Assembly: GCA_963775465.1 (NCBI GenBank)
Contig: CAVZIW010000004.1
Coordinates: 128,040-192,039 of the forward strand
DNA: 64,000 nt
Direction: 5' to 3'
Source of the DNA: Candidatus Bathyarchaeota archaeon
GTDB lineage: Archaea; Thermoproteota; Bathyarchaeia; Bathyarchaeales; Bathycorpusculaceae
A model generated the notes under the pieces. The model did not search any database and was not told where the DNA came from. It saw nothing but the letters and a program-made list of their open reading frames with translations. A program made the translations under genes and the position numbers. This document shows, one piece after another, positions 37,699 to 48,404 of this stretch; the stretch's first letter is position 1; the number at the start of each line of letters is the position of its first letter.

Positions 37699-40329
37699 TT
37701 ATGGTCGTTTCTTTATGAGCAACAGAGCCATCATTATGCCGACAATAACTATAGCGATAATGATGCCTGCGACTGCGGGAACAAAGTACATGTCAGCTGC
37801 AGACTGCAGATTTAGAGCTTCTGTAGGAACTGGTGTTGGAGCTGCGAGGTCAACTGCAAACGCCGATACTGCGTGTGATGGCCAGTAGGATTCGCTGCCG
37901 GCAAATGATGCATAGACTGTGTATGCTCCTTCTATGTCAGGTTTCCAATTCAAACTAAAGAATCCATCTGCATCGCTAGTGACGACACCGATGTCTCTGT
38001 AGTTTCCGTTAGCATCAACAACGCTGATAGTAACGGGTACACCAACTGTGTCTGTTGGACGCGGCTTTTGCATATAGACGTATTCCATCCAGCCTTTCAT
38101 GCTTGAATCAGAGACAGCTGCCACACCATTGGGGAACCGCGCTGCTTGCTCATCTTGATTTGTTCCAGCTGCAATATCAAGAACTGTGCCTTCAATGATA
38201 ACGCTGCTACCAAAGGTTGTCACTTTTGGAGAGGCAGTAACTGATGTAGTGCTTGGACCTTTGCCGACCGAATACACTTGCATGTCGTAGCAATTTAGGT
38301 ATGTAAAGTAGCCGTCTGCAACCATGTCAGAGGTACCAACATACATTCCAGTACCCCACCCAGTCAATGTCCAGATTTCTTCGCCAGTAGTGGCATTGAT
38401 GCAGCGATACTCTGAGTCCTTATACCAAGGTGAATCAGGGGAGTGCTCTGTTGTGCCCAAATATACTTTGCCATCCGCTATAACGTCGACGAAGATCGGA
38501 TAGTGACCGTAAGCAGTATCAAGCCCAGCATAAGTCGAGTTTCCTGCTCCTCCGTTTCCATAGGTCCAGAGTAACGATCCGTCTTTCATGCTGTAGCAGT
38601 ATAGTATTCCATCAAAGCCTGAGCGGTAAAGGTTTCCATATGCATATAGTGAAACGCATCGCATTGTATCCCAAAGTGCTACTTCAGGAGTGGTACTCCA
38701 AACTTGGCTTCCATCCGTTAGGCTATAAGCTATTAGTTGCATAGTTTCTTTTGCTTCAACGATAAATACGCCAGAATCGGCATCGACTGCAGTGACTGAA
38801 GCTGTTTCATTACCAGGCATTGGAGCATAGTGACGTGTCCATAATACTTGTCCAATGGAGTTTGGTTTAAGACTCAATACTGTAACGTTTACTCCTTCAC
38901 CGTTTGTTCTTGGACCCGTGCCGAAGCTGCCTTGCGTCAAGAGCAACAAGTTGTCAAATGCAACATCTCTGTAAATGCTCCACTGTCCCTTCAGAGAAGA
39001 TACTGAAATATTCCAATCATACGCAGATACAGCGCTTGCGTTTGTTGTTCCAGAATACCATGTTCCAACTCCGTTTCCTGAATTAGTGCCAAATACATTC
39101 GTTGAGTTCCATTGCGATAGGTAGTATTGGATGTTTGATGTAGTTCCGCAGTTAGTTAAAGTGTAGATTAGATATTCGCCTTTAGGTCCTGCTGTCGATG
39201 CTGCTGACCCCGAGTTTGGTGCTAAAGTGCCTGTTGCGGTTCCTGATGGTACATTTGTTATGTTCATTGAAGTCAACTTTCCAGTCATTGGGTCATATGC
39301 TCTCCAGACCGTTCCTTGACCTGCAACATTTGAAGATGCAATTAATGCGCCGTTTGGCAGAACTCCGTGTTGGTTGCCTGTATCAAAAGCATAGAAGTAG
39401 CCAAATGTTGGGACAAGATTAACACCTGATGCGGTTGGGTCTACTCGCCAGAGTTCTTCGCCTGTTTGTAAATCAACAGCAACGATGTCTCCGCCTGCAC
39501 CCGAGTTTCCGTAGGGTTCTTGGTAGTAGAGATTACCGTACATTATTATGCCAGTGTTGAATCGAGTTTGGTAAGAGCCTCCTGTGTAGAATGTCTTTCC
39601 ATCATTGCCAGCCAAGCTGCCTCCAAGAACACCACCGAATTGAATGGGCTTTGTCCACATTACATGTGCACTGTTTGGTCCAATTCCATCTGACTGGAAC
39701 CGACCGTAACCAGCACCACCACTAGATGTTGCTCCGGATCTAATGTACGGACCATTTAGCCAGTTAGATGCTATGGTAAACCAAGCCGTGTTCTCTCCTT
39801 CGATTGGTCTACTCCAATATTCTGTCGGAAGAGGATAGCTCACTTTTGCTGCTGGAAGTTGTTCTTCTTGAGAAACAAAGGTTGTTGAAGCTTCTGCTGC
39901 TTTGAAGTTGTCACCTTGGTAGGCACCTGACCATGTGTATATTTGTCCTGTATAACTGAAATCTAATGTATATGTTCCGACCTGTGATGGCGAGTATGGG
40001 AACATTTGAATGCCTGTTGTATCATCGATGATCGGCCATGACTGCGTTTCTTTGGTTCCGTCAGGTTTAGTTATTATCAATGAATAATCGTGGCGTCTTA
40101 CATCGTTGGCAATGTTTGCTGATGGCATTGGGATATCAACCCACATGTAAATCATAACACGTTGACCAACACCAACAGGATTGGGTTGAGCAACAACGTA
40201 GGCAAAAGAGGGAATGTCCCAAGCCGGTGTATGGGCAGTTGTAGCAGGAATAGCTGCAAAGGGGATAACCATTGATAGCATTAGAAACAACGAAAGCAAA
40301 GAAAATGATTTCTTGTTTAATTCTTTCAT
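37699..40329 (-). CDS. Secreted, membrane-anchored PQQ-like beta-propeller protein (paralog 1)
   Basis: Signal peptide; PLPTEYWSRPIEG; repeated A.D..TG...W blades; ADGKVY...EHSP; C-terminal Ig-like segment, TM helix, KKRP tail. Confidence 0.9.
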   Translation of the reverse strand: MKELNKKSFSLLSLFLMLSMVIPFAAIPATTAHTPAWDIPSFAYVVAQPNPVGVGQRVMIYMWVDIPMPSANIANDVRRHDYSLIITKPDGTKETQSWPIIDDTTGIQMFPYSPSQVGTYTLDFSYTGQIYTWSGAYQGDNFKAAEASTTFVSQEEQLPAAKVSYPLPTEYWSRPIEGENTAWFTIASNWLNGPYIRSGATSSGGAGYGRFQSDGIGPNSAHVMWTKPIQFGGVLGGSLAGNDGKTFYTGGSYQTRFNTGIIMYGNLYYQEPYGNSGAGGDIVAVDLQTGEELWRVDPTASGVNLVPTFGYFYAFDTGNQHGVLPNGALIASSNVAGQGTVWRAYDPMTGKLTSMNITNVPSGTATGTLAPNSGSAASTAGPKGEYLIYTLTNCGTTSNIQYYLSQWNSTNVFGTNSGNGVGTWYSGTTNASAVSAYDWNISVSSLKGQWSIYRDVAFDNLLLLTQGSFGTGPRTNGEGVNVTVLSLKPNSIGQVLWTRHYAPMPGNETASVTAVDADSGVFIVEAKETMQLIAYSLTDGSQVWSTTPEVALWDTMRCVSLYAYGNLYRSGFDGILYCYSMKDGSLLWTYGNGGAGNSTYAGLDTAYGHYPIFVDVIADGKVYLGTTEHSPDSPWYKDSEYRCINATTGEEIWTLTGWGTGMYVGTSDMVADGYFTYLNCYDMQVYSVGKGPSTTSVTASPKVTTFGSSVIIEGTVLDIAAGTNQDEQAARFPNGVAAVSDSSMKGWMEYVYMQKPRPTDTVGVPVTISVVDANGNYRDIGVVTSDADGFFSLNWKPDIEGAYTVYASFAGSESYWPSHAVSAFAVDLAAPTPVPTEALNLQSAADMYFVPAVAGIIIAIVIVGIMMALLLIKKRP

Positions 40330-40385
40330 ATTATTTTCTCCTTTATTGTGAAGAAAAAATAGGCTTTGAAATGCTAATAAGACTG

Positions 40386-40402
40386 ACTCACGTATCGTGA
40401 GT
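40386..40402. promoter_or_regulatory. Palindromic operator candidate beside the TATA box of beta-propeller gene 1
   Basis: ACTCACG-TAT-CGTGAGT (7-3-7); second IR AGTCA-GAT-TGACT at 40431..40443. Confidence 0.55.
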
Positions 40403-40460
40403 GTGTTAGAAAGTGCTTGTTACTAATTTCAGTCAGATTGACTTTTGTGTTTAATCAAGA

Positions 40461-41168
40461 ATGGAAAAAAAAATAAGCACGGACATTCATGTTAGTTGCA
40501 TGTCTGAGATCGAAATTAGAGCTACTGTCGAATTTGTTTCGGCAGCAATTTGTTTTATTCTTGTATGGTTTATGGCTAAACCTTATCACTTAACAAGGGA
40601 AACCCGCTACTTGGCTTTACCCTTAGGTTTTGGCTTTTTAGGCATCTCATATTTATTTTCAGGATTTGCAATGGGGATACCGGGTATTTTTTACAACGGT
40701 GGAGCATGGTTACAGCTTTTTCCAAGAGCATTTGCATTTATTTTTCTTGCTATGACATACTATTTTTCCAGGCAGCCCTCAGGCAAGTCCAGCATTATCT
40801 GGAACTTGACTATTAGTCTCTTGATAGTTACTCTAATTGTTGGTATGGCTATCTCTATCATTATTCCCTATTCTTCAGGCAACTATCTGGTTGCCTCAGC
40901 TTCTATTCGAGTTCTGAACTTAATTTGCATTTCATATATCTCAATTTACCTTCTTAGAAATCAATTCAGAAATCCAGATTCAAGGGTCATTTGGACTCCT
41001 TTAGGTTATTTTCTTCTCGGGGTTGGGCAATATCTATTGCTAACTTGGCTTATCGATAAGAGTTTGTTCGCTTTTTGGAGTGCTTTAGCTGCTCGATTGA
41101 TTGCACTTACAGTTTTCCTCACACTATCCTACCTAACCTTCTTTTCCTCAAAAGAAAAGGATTCATAA
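40461..41168 (+). CDS. Multi-pass (about 7 TM) membrane protein
   Basis: About seven hydrophobic segments; its stop overlaps the start of the wHTH gene (TAATG). Confidence 0.75.
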   Translation: MEKKISTDIHVSCMSEIEIRATVEFVSAAICFILVWFMAKPYHLTRETRYLALPLGFGFLGISYLFSGFAMGIPGIFYNGGAWLQLFPRAFAFIFLAMTYYFSRQPSGKSSIIWNLTISLLIVTLIVGMAISIIIPYSSGNYLVASASIRVLNLICISYISIYLLRNQFRNPDSRVIWTPLGYFLLGVGQYLLLTWLIDKSLFAFWSALAARLIALTVFLTLSYLTFFSSKEKDS

Positions 41169-41443
41169 TGAAAAAAATTCCGCGCAGGGACAAAATGAAA
41201 ATATATGGCGATTTGTTAGCTGCGATCAGTGAAGAAGCTAAGAACCAAAAAATAGTTTTAACTCGAGTACAAGTGCGAATTAATGTCCCTTATGATCGTT
41301 TAAAGGCGTACATTTCGGAACTCACAGAATTGCAGCTTATTCGCAGCGATGCATCACTGGAAATTACAGATAAAGGTAGAAAATACCTCAAAGAATACAA
41401 GAGAATTATCGATTTCATGAAATATATGGGTCTTACCTATTAG
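41168..41443 (+). CDS. Winged-helix DNA-binding protein
   Basis: Start ATG 41168: MKKIPRRDKMKIYGDLL...LTRVQVRINVPYDRLKAYISEL...EITDKGRKYL. Confidence 0.85.
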   Translation: MKKIPRRDKMKIYGDLLAAISEEAKNQKIVLTRVQVRINVPYDRLKAYISELTELQLIRSDASLEITDKGRKYLKEYKRIIDFMKYMGLTY

Positions 41444-41516
41444 GAACTTGCAAAACTATCAAATTAAAAATTTCTTTCGGAAACTAAAAACTTCAGGTTT
41501 CCATGCAGAAGGGTTT

Positions 41517-41628
41517 GCTGAGGCTTTGGCAACAAAACAGGTGAAAATAACAAAATGCAATGCTTACTAACACAATTTCTTGCTGCCGTTATTTTTAGAT
41601 AGTGCCTACTTTGCAGCATCTTCTCAGC
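41517..41628. repeat. Short element with GCTGAGG...CTTCTCAGC termini
   Basis: GCTGAGGCTTTGGC vs GCTGAGGCTCTGGC at 37556; GCAGCATCTTCTC is the exact reverse complement of 58138..58150. Confidence 0.45.
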
Positions 41629-41679
41629 GCGTCTGATGACTAAAAAAAGGGAAGGGTGTTGTGTTTTTGATTGCTGTTT

Positions 41680-44265
41680 TTATGGTCGTTTTCTGAGCAC
41701 TAGGATTATTATCGCGCCGACTATAGCTATTGTGACGATTATTCCTACAACTGCGGGAATAAAGTACATGTCAGACATCGATTGGGTTTGAGTTTCGAGT
41801 GGCGCTGCGGTTGGTGCTGCTTCGTCTACATTGAATACTGTTTTTGCGTGTGACGGCCAATAAGATTCACTACCAGTAAATGTAGCGTAGACTGTGTATT
41901 TGCCTTCTATATCTGGCTTCCAGTTAAAGCTAAAGAATCCATCTGAATCGCTTGTAGCTGTTCCGATATCGCGGTAGTTGCCGTTAGCATCAAGCACACT
42001 AATAGTTACATCAACACCAGTTGCGTTAGTTGGTCGAGGATGATGCATGTAGACGTATTCCATCCATGCACTCATGCTTTCGTCAGAAACAGCTGGAACT
42101 CCATTTGGAAAACGAGCAGCCTGCTCATCTTGCGTTGTACCCGCAGAAATATCAGTAACGTAGCCTTCAATCATCACGCTATCTCCTTTTGTCGAAGTCT
42201 TAGGTGAAGCTGTAACTGACGTTTGGCTTGGACCCTTTCCAATTGAGTACACTGAGTTGTCATAGAAGTTATAGTAGACAAAGAAGCCATCAGCAAGAAT
42301 GCAAGTTGATACACCGTGTCCTCCGATTGTGCCTGCCCAACTGTCCATCTTAAAGAGTTCTTCTCCTGTGAAAGCATCAATAGCGTATACTTTGTATCCT
42401 CTGTACAGCGGTGAGTTAGGCGAGTGTTCGTTGTTAAATACGTAGACTTTTCCGTCAGCTACGCTGGCTATCAAAGTAGGCAAGTAGCCCCAAGGCGATT
42501 GTAGACCACTATAAGTGTCGTTGAATTTCCACAGTAAAGATCCGTCTGTTGTGTCATAGGCAAAGATTTCGCCGCCGTAACCTTGAACGTAAATGTTACC
42601 GTATGCAGTGACAGCTCGCTGGCCAGCACCTGATCCGCTGCTAAAGTATTGCATATCACGAATCTCGGTAGTTGTTGGACCCCAGAGGGGGGTGCCTGTG
42701 TCTACGCTAAAGCCTCTCCATTGCATGGTTTCTGCTTCTGCCATCGTCCAGACTCGGTTAACTGGGTCTAGAGGACCAAAGGTTAGTCCGATGTCTCCTG
42801 CGGGTGCCGGATAGTCCTTTAGCCATAGAAGATGACCTCGACTTTGAGGATTATCACTTATTGCCCAGACTGTCCATGGATTAGTCATGCCTCTGTTTGC
42901 CATGCCATAGGTGCCTGTTGTAACTGGGGAACTTATCCCAATTATTATGTCGTCTGGCAAAATGTAGATAATCTGTGGATTAGCAGAGCCAGGCAAGTCG
43001 GGTATGCTTACGTTCCAGGTGTAGGCATCGCTTGTGTCAATTGTTTTACCATTAGGTCTCCATGATCCTGTGTTATATCCTGCAGTCCCTCCATAGTTGT
43101 CAATTGCTGCTGTCCAGTTCCAAAGGGCCATCCAACGTCCTTGGTAATTGAACACGTAACGGACGATTTCGCCTTTGTTAGTGTAGACCTCTGTTCCTGA
43201 TGGAACACCTGTTATATCGTACATCCATTTTCCTGAGAACCCATCGTAAGCTGACCAAGTGCTTCCTGAAATCTGCCAGATTATTCCTCCGCCCGCGCCG
43301 TGTTGATTTTGAGAGTCAAAGTCGTATAGTTCACCTTTGCTGTCACTGTAACCTCCTGCAATACCGGTTCCTAAAGTTTCATCGTACCAAATTTTTTCGC
43401 CTGTGCGAAGATCCAAACAAACGTATCCTCCTCCGCCGCCGGAATGACCTAATGGCATGGTAAAGTAGAGTCGCCCCTGCATAATCATAGCATCGCCGAA
43501 TCTGCCCTCATATGAACCACCTGAGTAGTAGGTGCTGCCGTTTACTCGCAGTTCTGTGCCGCCGACAATTCCTCCAAACTCAATGGGTTTTGTCCACATT
43601 ATATGTCCAGTGTTTGGTCCAGCACCGTCTCTTTGCCAGAGGTTAAGACGCCCTCCAGGAAGTGCAAAAGTACCAAAGTGGGCTCCACGTAGCCAATGCG
43701 AAGAAATAGTGTACCAAGCAAGGTTCTGCCCTTCAATGGGTCGGCTCCAATATTCTGTTGGAAGGGGGTAGCTGTACATTGGGGCTGGCAGTGGATCTTG
43801 TTGAACTGTTAAATTGAGTGTTCTGGTTGTGGGCAAAAATGTTGTTCCTGTCCATTGTCTTTGTGCAGATGTGGCGTTCCAAGTGTAAACTTGACCACCA
43901 TACTCGAATAATATGGTATAAGTGCCTACTTCAGAAGGTGTGAAACTCATGAATGCTACTCCTGTAGTGTCGAAAACTATTGGCCATTCCTGTATAGTTT
44001 TTTCTCCGCTAGGAGATGTTATCGTAATTTTATAGTCAATTCGTCGAATGTCGTTTTCGTATAGTGCGTCAGGTAAAGAGGCGTCAACCCAAACCGAAAT
44101 ATCAGTGTTTTGACCAACACCTACAGGGTTAGGTTGCGCATTAAGGTACGCATAAGATGTCACTTCTCGATCACTTTGAGCAAGAGCAGACGGCACAAGC
44201 AAAATTGAAGTTGTCATAGCAAATAATAGAATCATAGCGATAGCTTTTTCATTTCTATTTCTCAT
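41680..44265 (-). CDS. Secreted, membrane-anchored PQQ-like beta-propeller protein (paralog 2)
   Basis: Same architecture as paralog 1; shared QPNPVGVGQ, YPLPTEYWSRPIEG, QDEQAARFPNGV, GSESYWPSHA; RKRP tail. Confidence 0.9.
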   Translation of the reverse strand: MRNRNEKAIAMILLFAMTTSILLVPSALAQSDREVTSYAYLNAQPNPVGVGQNTDISVWVDASLPDALYENDIRRIDYKITITSPSGEKTIQEWPIVFDTTGVAFMSFTPSEVGTYTILFEYGGQVYTWNATSAQRQWTGTTFLPTTRTLNLTVQQDPLPAPMYSYPLPTEYWSRPIEGQNLAWYTISSHWLRGAHFGTFALPGGRLNLWQRDGAGPNTGHIMWTKPIEFGGIVGGTELRVNGSTYYSGGSYEGRFGDAMIMQGRLYFTMPLGHSGGGGGYVCLDLRTGEKIWYDETLGTGIAGGYSDSKGELYDFDSQNQHGAGGGIIWQISGSTWSAYDGFSGKWMYDITGVPSGTEVYTNKGEIVRYVFNYQGRWMALWNWTAAIDNYGGTAGYNTGSWRPNGKTIDTSDAYTWNVSIPDLPGSANPQIIYILPDDIIIGISSPVTTGTYGMANRGMTNPWTVWAISDNPQSRGHLLWLKDYPAPAGDIGLTFGPLDPVNRVWTMAEAETMQWRGFSVDTGTPLWGPTTTEIRDMQYFSSGSGAGQRAVTAYGNIYVQGYGGEIFAYDTTDGSLLWKFNDTYSGLQSPWGYLPTLIASVADGKVYVFNNEHSPNSPLYRGYKVYAIDAFTGEELFKMDSWAGTIGGHGVSTCILADGFFVYYNFYDNSVYSIGKGPSQTSVTASPKTSTKGDSVMIEGYVTDISAGTTQDEQAARFPNGVPAVSDESMSAWMEYVYMHHPRPTNATGVDVTISVLDANGNYRDIGTATSDSDGFFSFNWKPDIEGKYTVYATFTGSESYWPSHAKTVFNVDEAAPTAAPLETQTQSMSDMYFIPAVVGIIVTIAIVGAIIILVLRKRP

Positions 44266-44643
44266 CAGATCTCATTTTCTCCTTTAGTAATTTATGTAGA
44301 GCAAATAACGCTTTATTGCTCAACAAAAAACTGATTCATTTGCTTTAATATATATAATTTTGCAATATGCGAACGAAGCTGGTAAAAATATTTTTGTAGT
44401 AAAATTGTTAATTAAGGAATACCCAACTATTTTCATCTAGTGTTTAATTAAATATCTAATTTCAATGCACTTGCAAGAAGATAACACTCATTTCAAGCAT
44501 TTATGCAACGAAACAGATATCAAAAAAGGGAAAAATGATTTTGCGGAAGACATCCCCACTTAGGATATGTTCCTCCAAACAGTAGGTGTTAGGAGCTGGG
44601 ACAAAAAGGGGGAAGTGCAGGCGATATTTCCACTTGTCCCTAA

Positions 44644-44665
44644 GTTCAAATCCCGCCCGCAACTA
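44644..44665 (+). mobile_element. tRNA 3'-end fragment (degenerate att-like site)
   Basis: GTTCAAATCCCGCCCGCAACTA, without a tRNA 5' half. Confidence 0.4.
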
Positions 44666-44927
44666 TTTTAGCAACAAAGGCTCGAGTTTTGTTTGATCAA
44701 TGGATTTAGTATATATGCTTCATCTGGGTCAACGGGTGGATCAATAGATCAACTCAAGTTTTCTGTTACCATATTCTAGGCTCTGCTAAGGCGATAGAAC
44801 TTCTTTGATTTGTCTCGATGCTTGCCTAGAATACATATTTCCCCATTCTTTCTACCGTGGCATTAGCAAAGTTTTTTAAGTAAAATAGTAAGCAAAATAC
44901 TATTTTAATATCTGAATGGGGATTATT

Positions 44928-45032
44928 ATGGTAGAAGAGAACTCTGAATTTGAGTCTACAAAGTTTTGTGTACGATGTGGGGCTAAGGTAGATATAAAAG
45001 TCTACAAGTGTCCTAAATGCGGATATAGTTAG
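44928..45032 (+). CDS. 34-aa zinc-ribbon microprotein
   Basis: Hand-translated MVEENSEFESTKFCVRCGAKVDIKVYKCPKCGYS. Confidence 0.55.
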   Translation: MVEENSEFESTKFCVRCGAKVDIKVYKCPKCGYS

Positions 45033-45160
45033 GTTATATGATATATTTTACTGACTTGAACCTGTCTTTTTCTTATTTACAAACTCTAAAATAGGTAATT
45101 TAAGCTAAAGACAACTCCAGCCATTAAGAGTTGTTTTGGAGCATAAAGAAAAAGGTTGAA

Positions 45161-45418
45161 TTAGTTTTCTTTGAATAATTTCATGATCTTTCGGTCTGTT
45201 TTCTTTAGTACTTGGTTTACAGTTTTCAATCTTTCCCTCAAAGATGTAATTGTTTTGAATTTTTCAATAGCTGATACAGATGTTATTGTTTCAGCACTGT
45301 CAACAGTTAAAGACTCATAGGATCTGAGAATCTCATTTTCTAACTCTAACCTTTCAACACTTAATGCTTTATACTGTTTTAGTAATTTGTTGAATTTATC
45401 TCGCGAGATATTCCTCAT
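45161..45418 (-). CDS. Small coiled-coil hypothetical protein
   Basis: GGAGGATG RBS upstream. Confidence 0.55.
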   Translation of the reverse strand: MRNISRDKFNKLLKQYKALSVERLELENEILRSYESLTVDSAETITSVSAIEKFKTITSLRERLKTVNQVLKKTDRKIMKLFKEN

Positions 45419-46191
45419 TTTAAGTCATCCTCCTACTTAACCAACCTTAGTTTGTGTATTTGAATTTTAGAAAAGCCAAAAGAACAAAGCTATGGACTAA
45501 ATATTTAATCCAGCAAAAAAATATACCAAGCTTCAACAAAGTTAGCTAAGGAAAAGCATCTGATTTCCAATTCATTCTAAATAGGAAGTTGAAGAAAATA
45601 GCTATCTATTTAATGCCTTTTTGGCACTGGGACAATACTGCCATAAGATCGTTCCAATGCTTTTCTGCATTTTTCAGCAAGTTCGTTATTAAATTTTTGA
45701 GAAGGTTTTTTGTTCATCAGTTTATTCCTCAATTACTCTAAGAGTCGTTTCTCCAAAAGAAGCGAGAAAATTTGTGGTTAACTTCTGGACCTGTTTTCCA
45801 AATTTTATCATAACCAGCGAATAAGTCTTTGTTTGATTTTTTACTCACCGTTTCACCAACCCACCAATATTAACACATAAGACACAATATATAACCCTAA
45901 TTTCAGAAATAGAATATATCAAAAAACGATACTTCAAGAAACGATATTCCAGTCACATCCACTAAAAGCCTGCAATCAAAAACCTTACTAGATTTACGAG
46001 ATAACCTTCTTAGACCCAAAAAATGTCTAAGCAGTAGCAGATCAAGTATTAAGATCTCAAAGCTACGACCCTTACATAATTTGAACTGAGAATCTTTTGA
46101 ATAAACATGAACCAACAAAACAGGTTCTTACATTTCAACATCTTTGCCTATAGAAATCCAATACATAATATTAGCTTAACAAACAAAAAAA

Positions 46192-46602
46192 TCAGGAACT
46201 TCGCCTAATTTTCATTTTGCAAGCTTCACAGATTCTTTGAACATAACGCCCAGACTTTTTAGCCTCAAAAACACAGCCACAATCAACACAGGTGACTTTT
46301 ACTAATGGTTTTGGCAGATTATCTTTAAGACGTTTTTCAATCTCAAACTTTACTTCAGGGTCACTCTCACGCTTTAGAGCATCATTCAATAGTTTTATGG
46401 CAATTTGCTGACTTGCTTTACCAAAGATCTTTTGAAAGTTACTGTTGTTTTCACCTTTTTCAAAGGTCTTTGGCAGAATACAAACAAAATTTTTTGGGTA
46501 CGCTTCTCCCTTATCTAAATCGAGTACTGTAAAAACGATTTCTTCTTTATTTTGTGATACTCTTGTAACCCATCTCTTTGAAGTTGAAAGCTCTAGTTTC
46601 AT
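46192..46602 (-). CDS. Hypothetical protein with C-terminal zinc ribbon
   Basis: CVDCG...ICEAC. Confidence 0.7.
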   Translation of the reverse strand: MKLELSTSKRWVTRVSQNKEEIVFTVLDLDKGEAYPKNFVCILPKTFEKGENNSNFQKIFGKASQQIAIKLLNDALKRESDPEVKFEIEKRLKDNLPKPLVKVTCVDCGCVFEAKKSGRYVQRICEACKMKIRRSS

Positions 46603-47455
46603 ATCAATTGCTCGAATTGTTGAAATAAACAGTCCTTATCCAAATAGACTGATTATAGACTATCTTTCAAATGTAGCATGACTTAAATTAGTTTAGCAAG
46701 AAAAGGATCGTAAAAAAGAAAGAATAGTTAGTTTGCTAAAAATTCTTTTGTTAGCTAAGAAAGTGCAAGATCCAACCAATCACAAAGATCAGTATTATCG
46801 TCGGGAGAAGGATAACTTTTCTAATTTTACTGTAGGTTATTTCTTGTTACCCCCAAGTTTGTTTATTGTATGTTGTGCAAATATAAGATTTTCTATCGGA
46901 TCAATTTGGTCAAAATCGATCCTATTTATTTTGAAGATTAATTACTAATTGAACCCATTAACACGAGTAGTAGAAAAGACAAATCAACTATTTTTTTGAG
47001 AACAAAGACTAATCCAATCAAGAAGAGATTGTGGTACAATAGCCACTCAGGACTCAACACGTCAGATACTTAGATTCATTATTTGTAACTTTAAAGCTAT
47101 GATGGCACTTTCCGCAAAAATAGACTTCAATAGTGAAACAGTAATTTGTTACTACTCTTGAAGGCTTGTCAACTAATTTGCCGCAATTGGGACAATGTGT
47201 CAATTAGCATCCAACATAATTTTTGAAGGATGTTCAGAATAAAAACATAATTTCAAAACACGTAATATTACGATCCTGAATTAACAACACAAATTATTCA
47301 ATAAATCCAAATTATAAGTAAATTCCATATTATCAACTCTTTCAAATCTACCTATTTCTGCACATATAATTTAGATGTCAAAGGTCTAAATTCTACCTTC
47401 AAATAATCTAAATTATTTAAGCAACAAGCGACATAAATTATTCACGTGAATATTT

Positions 47456-47785
47456 ATGGTCTTAGCCAGAATGAGTAAATGGAATTTTAAGAAAGGGAAA
47501 CGCAAAGAAGCTTTTTTGGAGCTTGACCATCTACTAAACACCATGGTCCATCAATACAAGGGATTCCGAGGCTCCATGTCTTTGCTTTCAGCAGACTTAG
47601 ACTCAGCAACAATCCTAACTCTGTGGGCAGATGCAGAGTCGTTGGAAAGTTCCGAAAAAGAAGTATTTGCAAAAGCCATCGAAAGAGTCCAAGATATGCT
47701 CGAAGGCCCTCCGAAAATGGATAAATTCATGGTATTCCGAACAGAGCTATTTCAAAGTTCACGATGGCCAACTCACTGGGAATAA
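47456..47785 (+). CDS. ABM (antibiotic biosynthesis monooxygenase)-fold protein
   Basis: KGKRKEA...KGFRGSMSL...TLWADAESL pattern. Confidence 0.7.
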   Translation: MVLARMSKWNFKKGKRKEAFLELDHLLNTMVHQYKGFRGSMSLLSADLDSATILTLWADAESLESSEKEVFAKAIERVQDMLEGPPKMDKFMVFRTELFQSSRWPTHWE

Positions 47786-47889
47786 TTACTACAGCATTCT
47801 AACATCTATGCGGCTTTGACTATAAAAAGAAAAGTGAGCAAAAGCTTTTCAGAGGATAAACAGATAGATTATTCACAAAGAAAGCTAAA

Positions 47890-48117
47890 GTGAGAAACAG
47901 AATGCCTGCACCCACTGTGAAAGATGGCAAATGGAGCAAGGAACGTGAGAGAACAAAGTCTGGGAGATGGCGAAAGAAGCGTTCTGACGCAAACCAACCC
48001 AGAAAGAAGAAATCGAACCGAAAGTACGTCACTGTCATTGCAGCTGTAACTATTGTTGTCGTAGTTTTGCTAGTTATTTATATCCTGTTTCCAAATCTGT
48101 TAAGACTCCCATGGTAG
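47890..48117 (+). CDS. Small basic protein with C-terminal TM anchor
   Basis: RTKSGRWRKKRSD basic segment plus a hydrophobic helix. Confidence 0.55.
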   Translation: MRNRMPAPTVKDGKWSKERERTKSGRWRKKRSDANQPRKKKSNRKYVTVIAAVTIVVVVLLVIYILFPNLLRLPW

Positions 48118-48404
48118 CCACGCCGCAATAGACTCATCAAACTAACCGTCATTTCAAACTTAATATGCCAATATCAATCTTCTACAACAGCTCCAATTCA
48201 GATATACTTTGAACCTTTCATATCATTCGTGAACTTCTAAAAAACTCAGTACAGGTTGAACTTAGACAACTCAAAGCTAAACTTAAGGAGGTCAAATCAA
48301 AACAAGCTAAACCAACTCAAAAATAAACACTAATTTAGCATACAAACATCGCTTTCAAAAAATCAGCCAATCAATCAATCTCTTAATTAACTCAAGAATA
48401 AAAC

